Of a DNA stretch of 64,000 bases, positions 27,270 to 35,997 are shown in pieces. The stretch spans positions 1,489-65,488 of the forward strand of contig JAZQVI010000028.1 in NCBI GenBank assembly GCA_045631745.1. The letters are read 5' to 3'. The notes beneath the pieces are model-generated. The model saw only the letters and a program-made list of their open reading frames with translations, was not told where the DNA came from and searched no databases. The translations under genes and the position numbers were made by a program. The DNA is from Eubacteriales bacterium (lineage in GTDB: Bacteria; Bacillota; Clostridia; Oscillospirales; CAG-272). Each line of letters starts with the position of its first letter. Within the stretch, counting starts at the first letter, position 1.

Positions 27270-28232
27270 ATGAAAATTGTTGTATTGGATCACCCGCGTG
27301 AAAACCCGGGCGAGATCGATTGGAGCAGACTGAGCGAGCTTGGAGAGGCTACGGTTCATTCCCGTACCCCCATTGACAAGCTGGCTGAAACCATCGGCGA
27401 CGCCGAGATCGTTCTGCTCAACAAGAGCCCTCTGACCCGTGAGGTCATCGAGGCTTGCCCCAACCTGCGCTTCATCTCTGTAATCGCAACCGGTTACAAC
27501 ACGGTGGACGTGCAGGCTGCAAAGGAAAGAGGCATTCCCGTTGCAAACGTTCCCTCCTACGGAACCGAGGCGATCGGTCAGCACGCAGTTGCGCTGCTGC
27601 TGGAGATCACCGACCGCGTGGGCTACCACGACGGCGAGGTTCGCAAGGGCAGACGCGAGTCTGAGGGTGACTGGTGCTTCTGGGATTACCCCTCCATCGA
27701 GCTGGAGAACAAGACGATGGGTATCGTAGGACTTGGACGCATCGGTAAGACCGTTGCCAGAGCCGGCTTGGCATTTGGCATGAAGGTCATCGCCGTTGAC
27801 GCCTTCCAGAGCGAGGAAATGATCGCTGCAGGCGTTGAGTACGTGGATCTTGACACGCTGCTCGCACAGTCTGATGTCATCTCCCTGCACTGCCCTCTCT
27901 TTGAAGAGACCAGACACATGATCAACCGCGAGGCGATCGCGAAGATGAAGGACGGAGCAATCCTCATCAACAACAGCCGTGGTGCTTTGGTTGACGAGCA
28001 GGCTCTTGCAGATGCGCTGAAGAGCGGCAAGCTCTATGCTGCAGGACTGGACGCGCTGGAGGTTGAACCCCCCAAGCCCGACTGTCCTCTGCTCACAGCT
28101 CCCAACTGCTACATCACGCCTCACATCAGCTGGGCGGCTCTGGACTGCCGCCGCCGTTTGATCAACTACTCGATTGACAACGTCGAGGCTTGGCTGAACG
28201 GTGCCCCCACCAATATCGTAAACGGTATTTGA
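27270..28232 (+). CDS. D-isomer-specific 2-hydroxyacid dehydrogenase
   Basis: NAD loop GIVGLGRIGKTVA, NNSRGALVDE, and catalytic TPHISW near the C-terminus. Start chosen at MKIVVL (27270). Confidence 0.88.
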   Translation: MKIVVLDHPRENPGEIDWSRLSELGEATVHSRTPIDKLAETIGDAEIVLLNKSPLTREVIEACPNLRFISVIATGYNTVDVQAAKERGIPVANVPSYGTEAIGQHAVALLLEITDRVGYHDGEVRKGRRESEGDWCFWDYPSIELENKTMGIVGLGRIGKTVARAGLAFGMKVIAVDAFQSEEMIAAGVEYVDLDTLLAQSDVISLHCPLFEETRHMINREAIAKMKDGAILINNSRGALVDEQALADALKSGKLYAAGLDALEVEPPKPDCPLLTAPNCYITPHISWAALDCRRRLINYSIDNVEAWLNGAPTNIVNGI

Positions 28233-28242
28233 TAAAAAACAT

Positions 28243-30255
28243 TCAGGCAGGTCGGATTTTCCGACCTGCCTTTTTTGTATTACCAAAACTGGCCCCGATG
28301 AAAATCGGGGCGGGTTTTGGTTTTATTGGTTGGTGTTTGCCTTTTCCTTCTTGTCTTCCGACAACGCCTTCTTCGTAGTAGATTCTCTGAATCTCTCCGT
28401 CAACAACGGCAAAGCCAACGCTCTCGTTTCCTGCAAAATAGCAGTTTTCTCTCGCAACACGTTCCACCAGCTTGTTATATCTGTCTTTATAAGATCCTTG
28501 GCCGGGAAGCGTGGAGCTGGACTGCATGATTTCAGTTGCCTGCGTCACGAACGCATATGTGGGTTGGATCTCCTCAAAGATCGCAAATATGTCGTAGATC
28601 AAGTGATGCGCGGGCATTATGATATCACTCTTGAGCGTTAACTCGGTGTATACTTTTCTCAATCTCGTTTGGGTCGGCTGACACGCGTCGCCCAGGATGA
28701 TCATAGACATCTGTCCGTTATCAAAACGGACCACCGTACTGGTATCGTTGGAGTCACCGCTACTGAAGCGACTTGTGGTGGAAGTCAAAAGCTCCTCATG
28801 CGTGTAAAGCACTTCAAGACTCACGTCAGCAATCTGAATCTTCTGACCTGCGTGCGCCTTGATCTCCTTGCAGTTCGGGTACTTGGTCTTGATGAGATTG
28901 CTCCAATCATCTAAAAGTTTGTACGACCAGGAGGTCACTTCTGTGGAGAAGGGATAGGAGGAGCCACCGCAATTTTCGATCGGAATATTGGCAAGCACTC
29001 GCTCCAACTCGTAGTTCTCGTTGTATTTCTTGAGGAACTCGAAGAATCCCATGACGTGGTCAGCATGATAGTGCGTCAGATACCAGCAAGAAACTCTTAC
29101 CTTTTCTCCGTCGGGAGTTCCGGTGATTTGATGCAGGAAGGCATCAAATGCTTCCATGACCTCATCACCGTACATCTGCGTGCCGCCGTCTCCTTCATAA
29201 GCACCGCCATCAATGATGATCACGCTGTTGTCAGCGCACTTGATGATACTGAGCGCTCCGCAATTAGGATGCCCGTTATTCTTACCATCGGTCATGGGAA
29301 GACCGTAGAGATAATACTCACTGCGCTCGCCAGCCGCGGGGGTGTAGGAATAACCAAACTCATCAACGGAGATGCCCTTGGGGTCAGAGATGATCTGTAC
29401 CTCACTGGCTGCAGGCTTGAAGGAAACGTGAACTCTCCGCTCTGCATTCTTGTAGGTCAGGAAGAGGTTTTCAACCGTAAGATTTTCGTATTCCTTCTCA
29501 AATCCGAAGCTCTCCAGCTTTGCAAGATACGCCTCAAACTCTTCCATGTTGGTCTTGTTGACGCGTTGGAGGCTAACGTCGGATTTGTTCCGATTTGCGG
29601 AAGAGAGATCGGTGATGGTGGTACCGCAAGGATAATAGTTCGGGACCAAGGTGTTGACCCCTGGGGAATACGCAGGAACACCGCTCAGCTTCCAATCCAC
29701 TCTGGTGAAGCCCTTGAGAATCTTCTTTTCAGCGAGCTCTGCAGACACGATCAACTTCTCTGCAGCGTCGCCCGAAAGATAATTCTCGATAAAGTATTTC
29801 ACAGCAGTCTCCAGCTGATAGTCATCCGAGCCGTTGATCACAATCTTGTTCCCAACAACCGCAACGGTATAGTAGGAATCGCTTCCCACAGTCACGCCCT
29901 CGGGAGTTGCGCTCTCGGGGCGGTTGGTGGCTCCAAGGAGCACCTCGAACACAGTTGCATCTGCTGAACTCTTGTCATCCCCCAAGAAGTTGGGGTTGAG
30001 GCCCGTCTTTGCCTTGAAGGCAGTGCGGAGCTTGTTTCGAAGCTCTGTCACAGCGGGTCCTGCCTCAGCGGGGTAAACGAATGCACACTGATACTTTCCG
30101 CCCTCGAAAATGACAAAATCGGTTTTTTCAAGGTCATTCCCATCATCCTTCTCTTCTTTGAATATGGAATCCAAGAGATTACAGGACGAGCAAGCCCCGA
30201 TCATGAGGCTCACCAGCAGGATCGCCGCGATCATTCTTAAAAGTTTTCTTTTCAT
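28243..30255 (-). CDS. MBL-domain lipoprotein, tandem paralog 1 (intact lipoprotein signal, C-terminal read-through tail)
   Basis: Signal/lipobox MKRKLLRMIAAILLVSLMIGAC. The N-domain pattern (FVYPAEAGPAVTELRNKL..FEVLLGATNRPES..YYTVAVVGNKIVINGSDDYQL..AVKYFIENYL) resembles GH-accessory/DUF4838-type N-domains. MBL motifs: IIIDGG, THYHADH (29056-29073), KAHAG, ILGDA, MPAHH. SD aaaggaa lies upstream. Confidence 0.85.
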   Translation of the reverse strand: MKRKLLRMIAAILLVSLMIGACSSCNLLDSIFKEEKDDGNDLEKTDFVIFEGGKYQCAFVYPAEAGPAVTELRNKLRTAFKAKTGLNPNFLGDDKSSADATVFEVLLGATNRPESATPEGVTVGSDSYYTVAVVGNKIVINGSDDYQLETAVKYFIENYLSGDAAEKLIVSAELAEKKILKGFTRVDWKLSGVPAYSPGVNTLVPNYYPCGTTITDLSSANRNKSDVSLQRVNKTNMEEFEAYLAKLESFGFEKEYENLTVENLFLTYKNAERRVHVSFKPAASEVQIISDPKGISVDEFGYSYTPAAGERSEYYLYGLPMTDGKNNGHPNCGALSIIKCADNSVIIIDGGAYEGDGGTQMYGDEVMEAFDAFLHQITGTPDGEKVRVSCWYLTHYHADHVMGFFEFLKKYNENYELERVLANIPIENCGGSSYPFSTEVTSWSYKLLDDWSNLIKTKYPNCKEIKAHAGQKIQIADVSLEVLYTHEELLTSTTSRFSSGDSNDTSTVVRFDNGQMSMIILGDACQPTQTRLRKVYTELTLKSDIIMPAHHLIYDIFAIFEEIQPTYAFVTQATEIMQSSSTLPGQGSYKDRYNKLVERVARENCYFAGNESVGFAVVDGEIQRIYYEEGVVGRQEGKGKHQPIKPKPAPIFIGASFGNTKKAGRKIRPA
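28246..28277. terminator. bidirectional intrinsic terminator
   Basis: Hairpin ggcaggtcgg-attttc-cgacctgcc followed by ttttttg on plus, and a T-run after a short spacer on minus. It is embedded in the last codons of the minus-strand gene 28243..30255. Confidence 0.7.
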
Positions 30256-30288
30256 AACATGATTCCTTTCTGTTCAGAGGTACTCATT

Positions 30289-32067
30289 TCAACCTTGTCC
30301 GACCTGACGTCCGACAACGCCTTCAACGTAGTAGCATTTCTGAATCTGTCCGTCAATCACTGCAAGCCCGACACTCTCGTTTCCTGCAAAGTAGCAGTGG
30401 TCCCTTGCAACGAGGTTCACCAGCTTGTCAAATCTATCTTTGTAAGATCCTTGACCCTCGAGTCTGTCGCTCAACTGCGTGCACTCATAGGACTGCGTCA
30501 CGAGTGCAAACGTGGGCCGGATCTCCTTGTAGATTGCAAATACGTCGTAGATCAAGTGATGCGCAGGCATCACGATATCGCTCTTGAGCGTTAGCTCCGT
30601 ATAGTTTCTTCTCAGTTTCGATTCGGTTCTCTGTCCTGCGTCCCCCAGAATGATCATCGACATCTGTCCGTTGTCAAAACGGATCGCCGTACTGGTATCA
30701 TTGGAATCGCCGGAGTTGAACCATCCTATGGGGCTTAAAAGATCCTCGTGCGTGTAGAGCACATCGAGCGTCACGTCAGCGATCTGAATCCTCTGACCTA
30801 CGTGCACCTTCAACTCCTTGCAGTTCGGGTATCTGGTCTTGATGAGATTGCTCCATCCGTCAAGCAGCTTGAACCCCCAGTTGGTCATTGCCAAGGAAAA
30901 AGGATAGGCGGAGCCGCCACAATTCTGGATCGGAATGTTGGCAACCACTCTCTCCAGCTCGTAGCTCTCGTTGTATCGCTTGAGGAACTCGAGAAAGCCC
31001 ATGACATGGTCCGCGTGATAGTGCGTCAGATACCAGCAGGAAACTCTTACCTTGTCTCCGTCTGCCGTTTTGGTGATCTGATGCAGGAAGGCATCAAACG
31101 CCCCCATGACCTCCTCACCGTACATCTGCGTACCGCCGTCCCCCTCGTAAGCACCGCCATCAATGACGATCACGCTATTGTCGGCGCACTTGATGACACC
31201 AAGCGTTCCGGCATTGGGGTGATTGTTGCCCTTGGCATCGCTCATGGGGAGACCGTAAAGGTAATACTCACTGCGCTCGCCTGCCGCGGGGGTGTAGGAA
31301 TAGCCAAACTCCTCCACGGAAATTCCCATCGGGTCAGAGATGACCTGCACCTCCATCGCGCGGGGCTTGAAGGAAACGTGAACTCTCTGATCTGCATTTC
31401 GGTAGGTCAGGAAGCGATTCTCGGCCGTGAGGTTTTCGTATTCCTTCTCAAATCCGAATCTCTCCAGCTTTTCAAGATAGGCCGCGAACTCCGCCTCGGT
31501 GGTCCTGTCGATCCGCTGAAGGGTAACGTCAGACTTGTTGCGGTTTGCGGTAGAGAGCCCGGTGATAGGAGTTCCGCAACTGTATGCGTTGGGAATCAGC
31601 TTGTTGCCACCCGTCGGATATGCTGGGATCCCCTCGAGTCTCCAATACTCTCTGGTAAAACCCTTGAGAATCTTCTGCTCGAAGAGGTTCTCCGGCACGG
31701 TCAGCACCTCTGTGACGTCACCCGAAAGATAGTTCTCAATGAAGGATCTCACTGCAACGCCGAGCTGATAGATGTCCGAACCGTTGATCACGATCTTGCG
31801 ACCGACCACGGCAACTGTGTAATAGGAATCGGATTCCTCTATCACCCTCTCGGGAGCTGCGCTCTCGGGGCGATTGGTCTTTCCCAGAAGCACCTCAAAG
31901 ACTTCCGCATCGGCGTCGATCTTGTCCTCCCCCAAAAAGGAAGGCATGACGCCCGTTTTCCTTCCAAAGGCGTCGCGAAGTTCATTTCTGAGTTTTGACA
32001 CCGCGGATTCTGCCAAAACGGGGTGAACGAACCCACAATGATACTTGCCGTTCTCAAAAATTACCAT
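30289..32067 (-). CDS. MBL-domain protein, tandem paralog 2 (signal peptide deleted)
   Basis: About 80% aa identity to paralog 1 by eye over the MBL domain, with THYHADH, KVHVG, ILGDA and PAHH all intact. The ORF starts at MVIFENGKY, which aligns to residue ~47 of paralogs 1 and 4. Only 35 nt separate it from the upstream stop. Confidence 0.7.
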   Translation of the reverse strand: MVIFENGKYHCGFVHPVLAESAVSKLRNELRDAFGRKTGVMPSFLGEDKIDADAEVFEVLLGKTNRPESAAPERVIEESDSYYTVAVVGRKIVINGSDIYQLGVAVRSFIENYLSGDVTEVLTVPENLFEQKILKGFTREYWRLEGIPAYPTGGNKLIPNAYSCGTPITGLSTANRNKSDVTLQRIDRTTEAEFAAYLEKLERFGFEKEYENLTAENRFLTYRNADQRVHVSFKPRAMEVQVISDPMGISVEEFGYSYTPAAGERSEYYLYGLPMSDAKGNNHPNAGTLGVIKCADNSVIVIDGGAYEGDGGTQMYGEEVMGAFDAFLHQITKTADGDKVRVSCWYLTHYHADHVMGFLEFLKRYNESYELERVVANIPIQNCGGSAYPFSLAMTNWGFKLLDGWSNLIKTRYPNCKELKVHVGQRIQIADVTLDVLYTHEDLLSPIGWFNSGDSNDTSTAIRFDNGQMSMIILGDAGQRTESKLRRNYTELTLKSDIVMPAHHLIYDVFAIYKEIRPTFALVTQSYECTQLSDRLEGQGSYKDRFDKLVNLVARDHCYFAGNESVGLAVIDGQIQKCYYVEGVVGRQVGQG

Positions 32068-32102
32068 GTCAGATCCCTTCTCTTCTTTGTTTTTGTTATA
32101 TT

Positions 32103-34037
32103 TCAGCCTTGTCCGACCTGCCGTCCGACAACGCCTTCAACGTGGTAGCATTCCTGAATCTTCCCGTCGATCACTGCAAGACCGACGGTCTCGTTTCCTG
32201 CAAAGTAGCAGTTGTCGCCGACAAAGGAAACCAACTTGTCAAATCTCTCTTTATAAGAGCCTTGCCCCTCAATTCTTGAATTTGCCTGCGAGCACTCATA
32301 GGACTGCGACACAAGTGCAAACGTGGGGCGGATCTCCTTGTAGATTTCAAACACGTCGTAGACCAGGTGATGCGCCGGCATCACGACATCGCTCTTGAGG
32401 GTTGCCTCGGTAAAGATCCTTCTGAGTCTCGATTCGGTTCTCTGCCCGCCGTCCCCCAAGACCATCATAGACATCTGACCGTTGTCCACACGGATCACCG
32501 TGCTGGTATCATTGGAGTCAGCGCTGTTGAAGTAGCCTATGGGAGTCAAAAGATCCTCGTGCGTGTAGAGCACCTCAAGGCTCACGTCAGCGATTCGGAT
32601 CTTCTGACCTGCGTGCACCTTGATCTCCTTGCAGTTGGGGTATCTGGTCTTGAGGAGTTCACTCCACGCCTCGATCATATTGTACACCCAGTTGGTCATT
32701 TCCAAGGAGAACTGATTGGTAATTCCGCCACAGTCCTGAATCGGAATGTTGGCAATAATTCTCTCCAGCTCGTAGTTTTCATTGTATTTCTTGAAGAACT
32801 CAAGAAGTCCTCTGGTATGGTCGCTGTGATAGTGCGTGACATACCAGCCCGAAACTCTTACCTTCTCTCCTTCGGCAGTTCCGGTGATCTGATGCAAGAA
32901 GGCGTCAAACGCCCCCATGACCTCCTCACCGTACATCTGCGTGCCGCCGTTCCCCTCGTACTCGCCGCCGTCAATGATAATCACACTGTTGTCGGCACAC
33001 TTGATCAGCGCGAGCGTTCCGCAGTTGGGGTGACCATTTGCCTTGCAATCGGTCATGGGAATGCCGTAAAGGTAATATTCACTGCGCTCACCTGCCGCAG
33101 GGGTGTAGGAATAGCCAAACGCCTCAATAGCCATTCCCTTCGGGTCAGAGATGACCTGTGCCTCGCCAATGGCGGGCTTGAAGGATACGTGAACTCTCAT
33201 TCCATCCTTTTTGTAGGTCAGGAAGAGGTTCTCCGACGTAAGATTTTCGTATTCCTTCTCAAATCCAAAACGCTCCAGCTTCGTAAGATACGCCGCGAAC
33301 TCCGCCTCGGTGCTTCGGTCGATGCGCTGAAGGCTGACATCGGATTTGTTCCGTTTTTTGACAATGCGATTGGAAATGGTGCTGCCGCACTCATATTCAT
33401 TCGGCACCAGCTTGTTGCTCCCCACAGGATATGCGGGAACGCCGCCAAGTCTCCAGTACTCCCTGGTAAAATCCTTGAGGATCTTCTGCTCACATAGGTC
33501 TGCAGGCACCGTCAGCTCTTCCACAACATCGCCCGAAAGGTAGTTCTCAATGAAGGATCTCGCAGCAACGCCAAGCTGATAGTTGTCGGAGCCGTTGATC
33601 ACGATCTTATTTCCGATCACGGCAACCGTGTAATAGGAATCGGTTTCCTCAACCACGCCTGCCGGTGTCGCGCTCTCGAGGCGGTTGGTCTTGCCAAGCA
33701 ACACCTCAAGCACCTCCGCGTTTGCACAACTCTTATCTTCTCCCAAAAAGGAAGGAATGACACCCGTTTTTTTCTCAAAAGCACTGCGAAGCTCATTTCG
33801 GATCAGCGATACCGCGCCTTCTACCAAAACGGGGTAAACAAACTTAAAATTATACTTGCCGTTTTCGAAAATTACAATATCAGTTTTCATGTTTTTTCCG
33901 TTCTTCTTGTCCTTTCCGCGTATAGAATCTACAAGAAAACAAGGCGGGGAGGCTCCGATCATGGAGCTTCCCCGCCGGACTGCCGCTATAATTCTTAAAA
34001 CGTTTTTTGCAGCACAACACCTACGACAATCGATCAT
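32103..34037 (-). CDS. MBL-domain protein, tandem paralog 3 (decayed signal peptide and start region)
   Basis: Body is intact (THYHSDH, KVHAG, VLGDG, PAHH). The N-terminus is ..IIAAVRRGSSMIGASPPC.. where paralogs 1 and 4 have a hydrophobic core plus GAC lipobox. The ancestral ATG and SD are mutated and there is no SD before 34037. An alternative internal ATG exists at 33890 (MKTDIVIFENG). Confidence 0.62.
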   Translation of the reverse strand: MIDCRRCCAAKNVLRIIAAVRRGSSMIGASPPCFLVDSIRGKDKKNGKNMKTDIVIFENGKYNFKFVYPVLVEGAVSLIRNELRSAFEKKTGVIPSFLGEDKSCANAEVLEVLLGKTNRLESATPAGVVEETDSYYTVAVIGNKIVINGSDNYQLGVAARSFIENYLSGDVVEELTVPADLCEQKILKDFTREYWRLGGVPAYPVGSNKLVPNEYECGSTISNRIVKKRNKSDVSLQRIDRSTEAEFAAYLTKLERFGFEKEYENLTSENLFLTYKKDGMRVHVSFKPAIGEAQVISDPKGMAIEAFGYSYTPAAGERSEYYLYGIPMTDCKANGHPNCGTLALIKCADNSVIIIDGGEYEGNGGTQMYGEEVMGAFDAFLHQITGTAEGEKVRVSGWYVTHYHSDHTRGLLEFFKKYNENYELERIIANIPIQDCGGITNQFSLEMTNWVYNMIEAWSELLKTRYPNCKEIKVHAGQKIRIADVSLEVLYTHEDLLTPIGYFNSADSNDTSTVIRVDNGQMSMMVLGDGGQRTESRLRRIFTEATLKSDVVMPAHHLVYDVFEIYKEIRPTFALVSQSYECSQANSRIEGQGSYKERFDKLVSFVGDNCYFAGNETVGLAVIDGKIQECYHVEGVVGRQVGQG

Positions 34038-34063
34038 GTTTCAGGATCGTTGTTTTGTAAGCG

Positions 34064-35971
34064 TCATCCGTTTTGTCTGTACTCTCTTTGGATGTCGTGG
34101 CGGATTACCTGAATCTGTCCGTCAACCACAGCGAGACCTACCGTCTCATTTCCTGCAAAGTAGCAGTTGGCCTCATCAACAAAGGAGATCAACTTGTTGT
34201 ATCTCTCGATATAAGATCCTTCTTCACCGACCTTGGACTTGGACTGCGAGCACTCATAGGACTGAGGCACAAGCGCAATCGTGGGCTGGATTGCATCATA
34301 AACCTTGAACACGTTGTTGATCAAGTGATGCGCTGGCTGAACGATGTCACTCTTGAGAGACAACTCGGTATAGATTTTTCGCAATTTCGCTTCGGTTGTA
34401 CGACCGGCGTCACCCAAGCTGAACATGGACATCTGTCCGTTATCAAAACGGGTTACGATACTGGTATCGTTGGAGTCGTTGCTGCTGAAGCGATTTATGG
34501 AATTAAGGAGATCCTCGTGCGTGAAAAGAATATCCAGGCTTACGTCAGCGATCTGAATCTTCTGACCGGAGTGCACCTTCAACTCCTTGCAGCTGGGGAA
34601 CTTGGTCTTAATAAGATTGCTCCATCCATCAAGAATTCTGTACGACCAGCCGGTCATTTCAGCGGAAAAGGAAGTAGACGAACCGCCACAATTCTCAATC
34701 GGAATATTTGCAATCACTCTTTCAAGCTCATAGTTCTCACAATAGCGCTTGAAGAACTCAAGAAGTCCTCTGGTGTGGTCGCTGTGATAGTGCGAGAGAT
34801 ACCAAGCAGAAACTCTTACCTTATCTCCGCTTGCGGTTCCGGTGATCTGATGCAGGAACGCATCAAAATCTCCCATTACCTTATCACCGTACATCTGCGT
34901 GCCGCCCTCACCCTCGTACTCACCGCCATCGATGATAATGACGCTGTTGTCAGCGCACTTGATGACAGAGAGCGTTCCGCAGTTGGGGGCATTGTTGCCG
35001 TTGCAATCGGTCATGGGAAGACCGTAGAGATAATACTCGCTGCGCTCTCCCGCCTTAGGAGTATAGGAATAACCAAACGCTTCAACAGAGGTACCATTCG
35101 GGTCGGAAATAACCTGAACCTCCGAGATCGCAGGCTTGAAGGAGACATGAACTCTCTGATCCTCGGATGTGTAGGTCAAAAAGAGATTCTCAGCCGTGAG
35201 ATTTTCGTATTCCTTCTGAAATCCGAAGCTCTCCAGCTTTGCAAGATACGCCTCGAACTCTGCCATGGTGGTCTTTTCAATACGCTGAAGCGTAACATCA
35301 GACTTATTGCGGTTTGCGTCAGAGAGATTCGTAATGGTGGTACCGCTGTTATAGGCATTTGCAATCAGAGTGTTGACACCTGCCGCGTATGCGGGAATAC
35401 CATTCAGCTTCCAGGACGCTCTGGTGAAGTCCTTGAGGATCTTCTGCTCGGAAAGATCCGCGGATACTGCCAGCTTCTCTGCAACGTCGCCCGACAAATA
35501 CGTCTCAATGAAGTACTCGACCGCAACGCCCAGCTGATAGCTGTCGGATCCGTTAATCACGATCTTGTTTCCAACAACGGCAACGGTATAGTAGGAATCG
35601 CTTCCCTCCGTCACGCCCTGGGGAGCCATGCTCTCGGGGCGGTTGGTGTTTCCCAAAAGCAGCTCAAACACTTCCGCGTTTGCGTCGCTCTTTCCATCAT
35701 CCTTGAAGGAGGGATTGATCCCCGTCTTCGCCTTAAAGGCGGTGCGAAGCTCATTTCTGAGCTCCGCCACCGAGGAATCAGCCGAAGCGGGGTAAACAAA
35801 CTCACAATTATACTTGCCGTTTTCGAAAATCACCATGTCGGAAACAACACTGCCGGGATCGCCCTGGTCCTCTTTGAAGATCGAATCGAGGAGACCACAG
35901 GACGAGCAAGCGCCCATCATGCACCCCATCAACAGAACTGTCGCTATGACTCTTAAAAAGGTTCTCTTCAT
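34064..35971 (-). CDS. MBL-domain lipoprotein, tandem paralog 4 (intact lipoprotein signal)
   Basis: MKRTFLRVIATVLLMGCMMGAC lipobox and SD aaaggaa. SHYHSDH, KVHSG, SLGDA and PAHH are present. The C-terminus diverges (..QVIRHDIQREYRQNG). Confidence 0.85.
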   Translation of the reverse strand: MKRTFLRVIATVLLMGCMMGACSSCGLLDSIFKEDQGDPGSVVSDMVIFENGKYNCEFVYPASADSSVAELRNELRTAFKAKTGINPSFKDDGKSDANAEVFELLLGNTNRPESMAPQGVTEGSDSYYTVAVVGNKIVINGSDSYQLGVAVEYFIETYLSGDVAEKLAVSADLSEQKILKDFTRASWKLNGIPAYAAGVNTLIANAYNSGTTITNLSDANRNKSDVTLQRIEKTTMAEFEAYLAKLESFGFQKEYENLTAENLFLTYTSEDQRVHVSFKPAISEVQVISDPNGTSVEAFGYSYTPKAGERSEYYLYGLPMTDCNGNNAPNCGTLSVIKCADNSVIIIDGGEYEGEGGTQMYGDKVMGDFDAFLHQITGTASGDKVRVSAWYLSHYHSDHTRGLLEFFKRYCENYELERVIANIPIENCGGSSTSFSAEMTGWSYRILDGWSNLIKTKFPSCKELKVHSGQKIQIADVSLDILFTHEDLLNSINRFSSNDSNDTSIVTRFDNGQMSMFSLGDAGRTTEAKLRKIYTELSLKSDIVQPAHHLINNVFKVYDAIQPTIALVPQSYECSQSKSKVGEEGSYIERYNKLISFVDEANCYFAGNETVGLAVVDGQIQVIRHDIQREYRQNG

Positions 35972-35997
35972 AGCATGATTCCTTTCTTCACAGGGGA

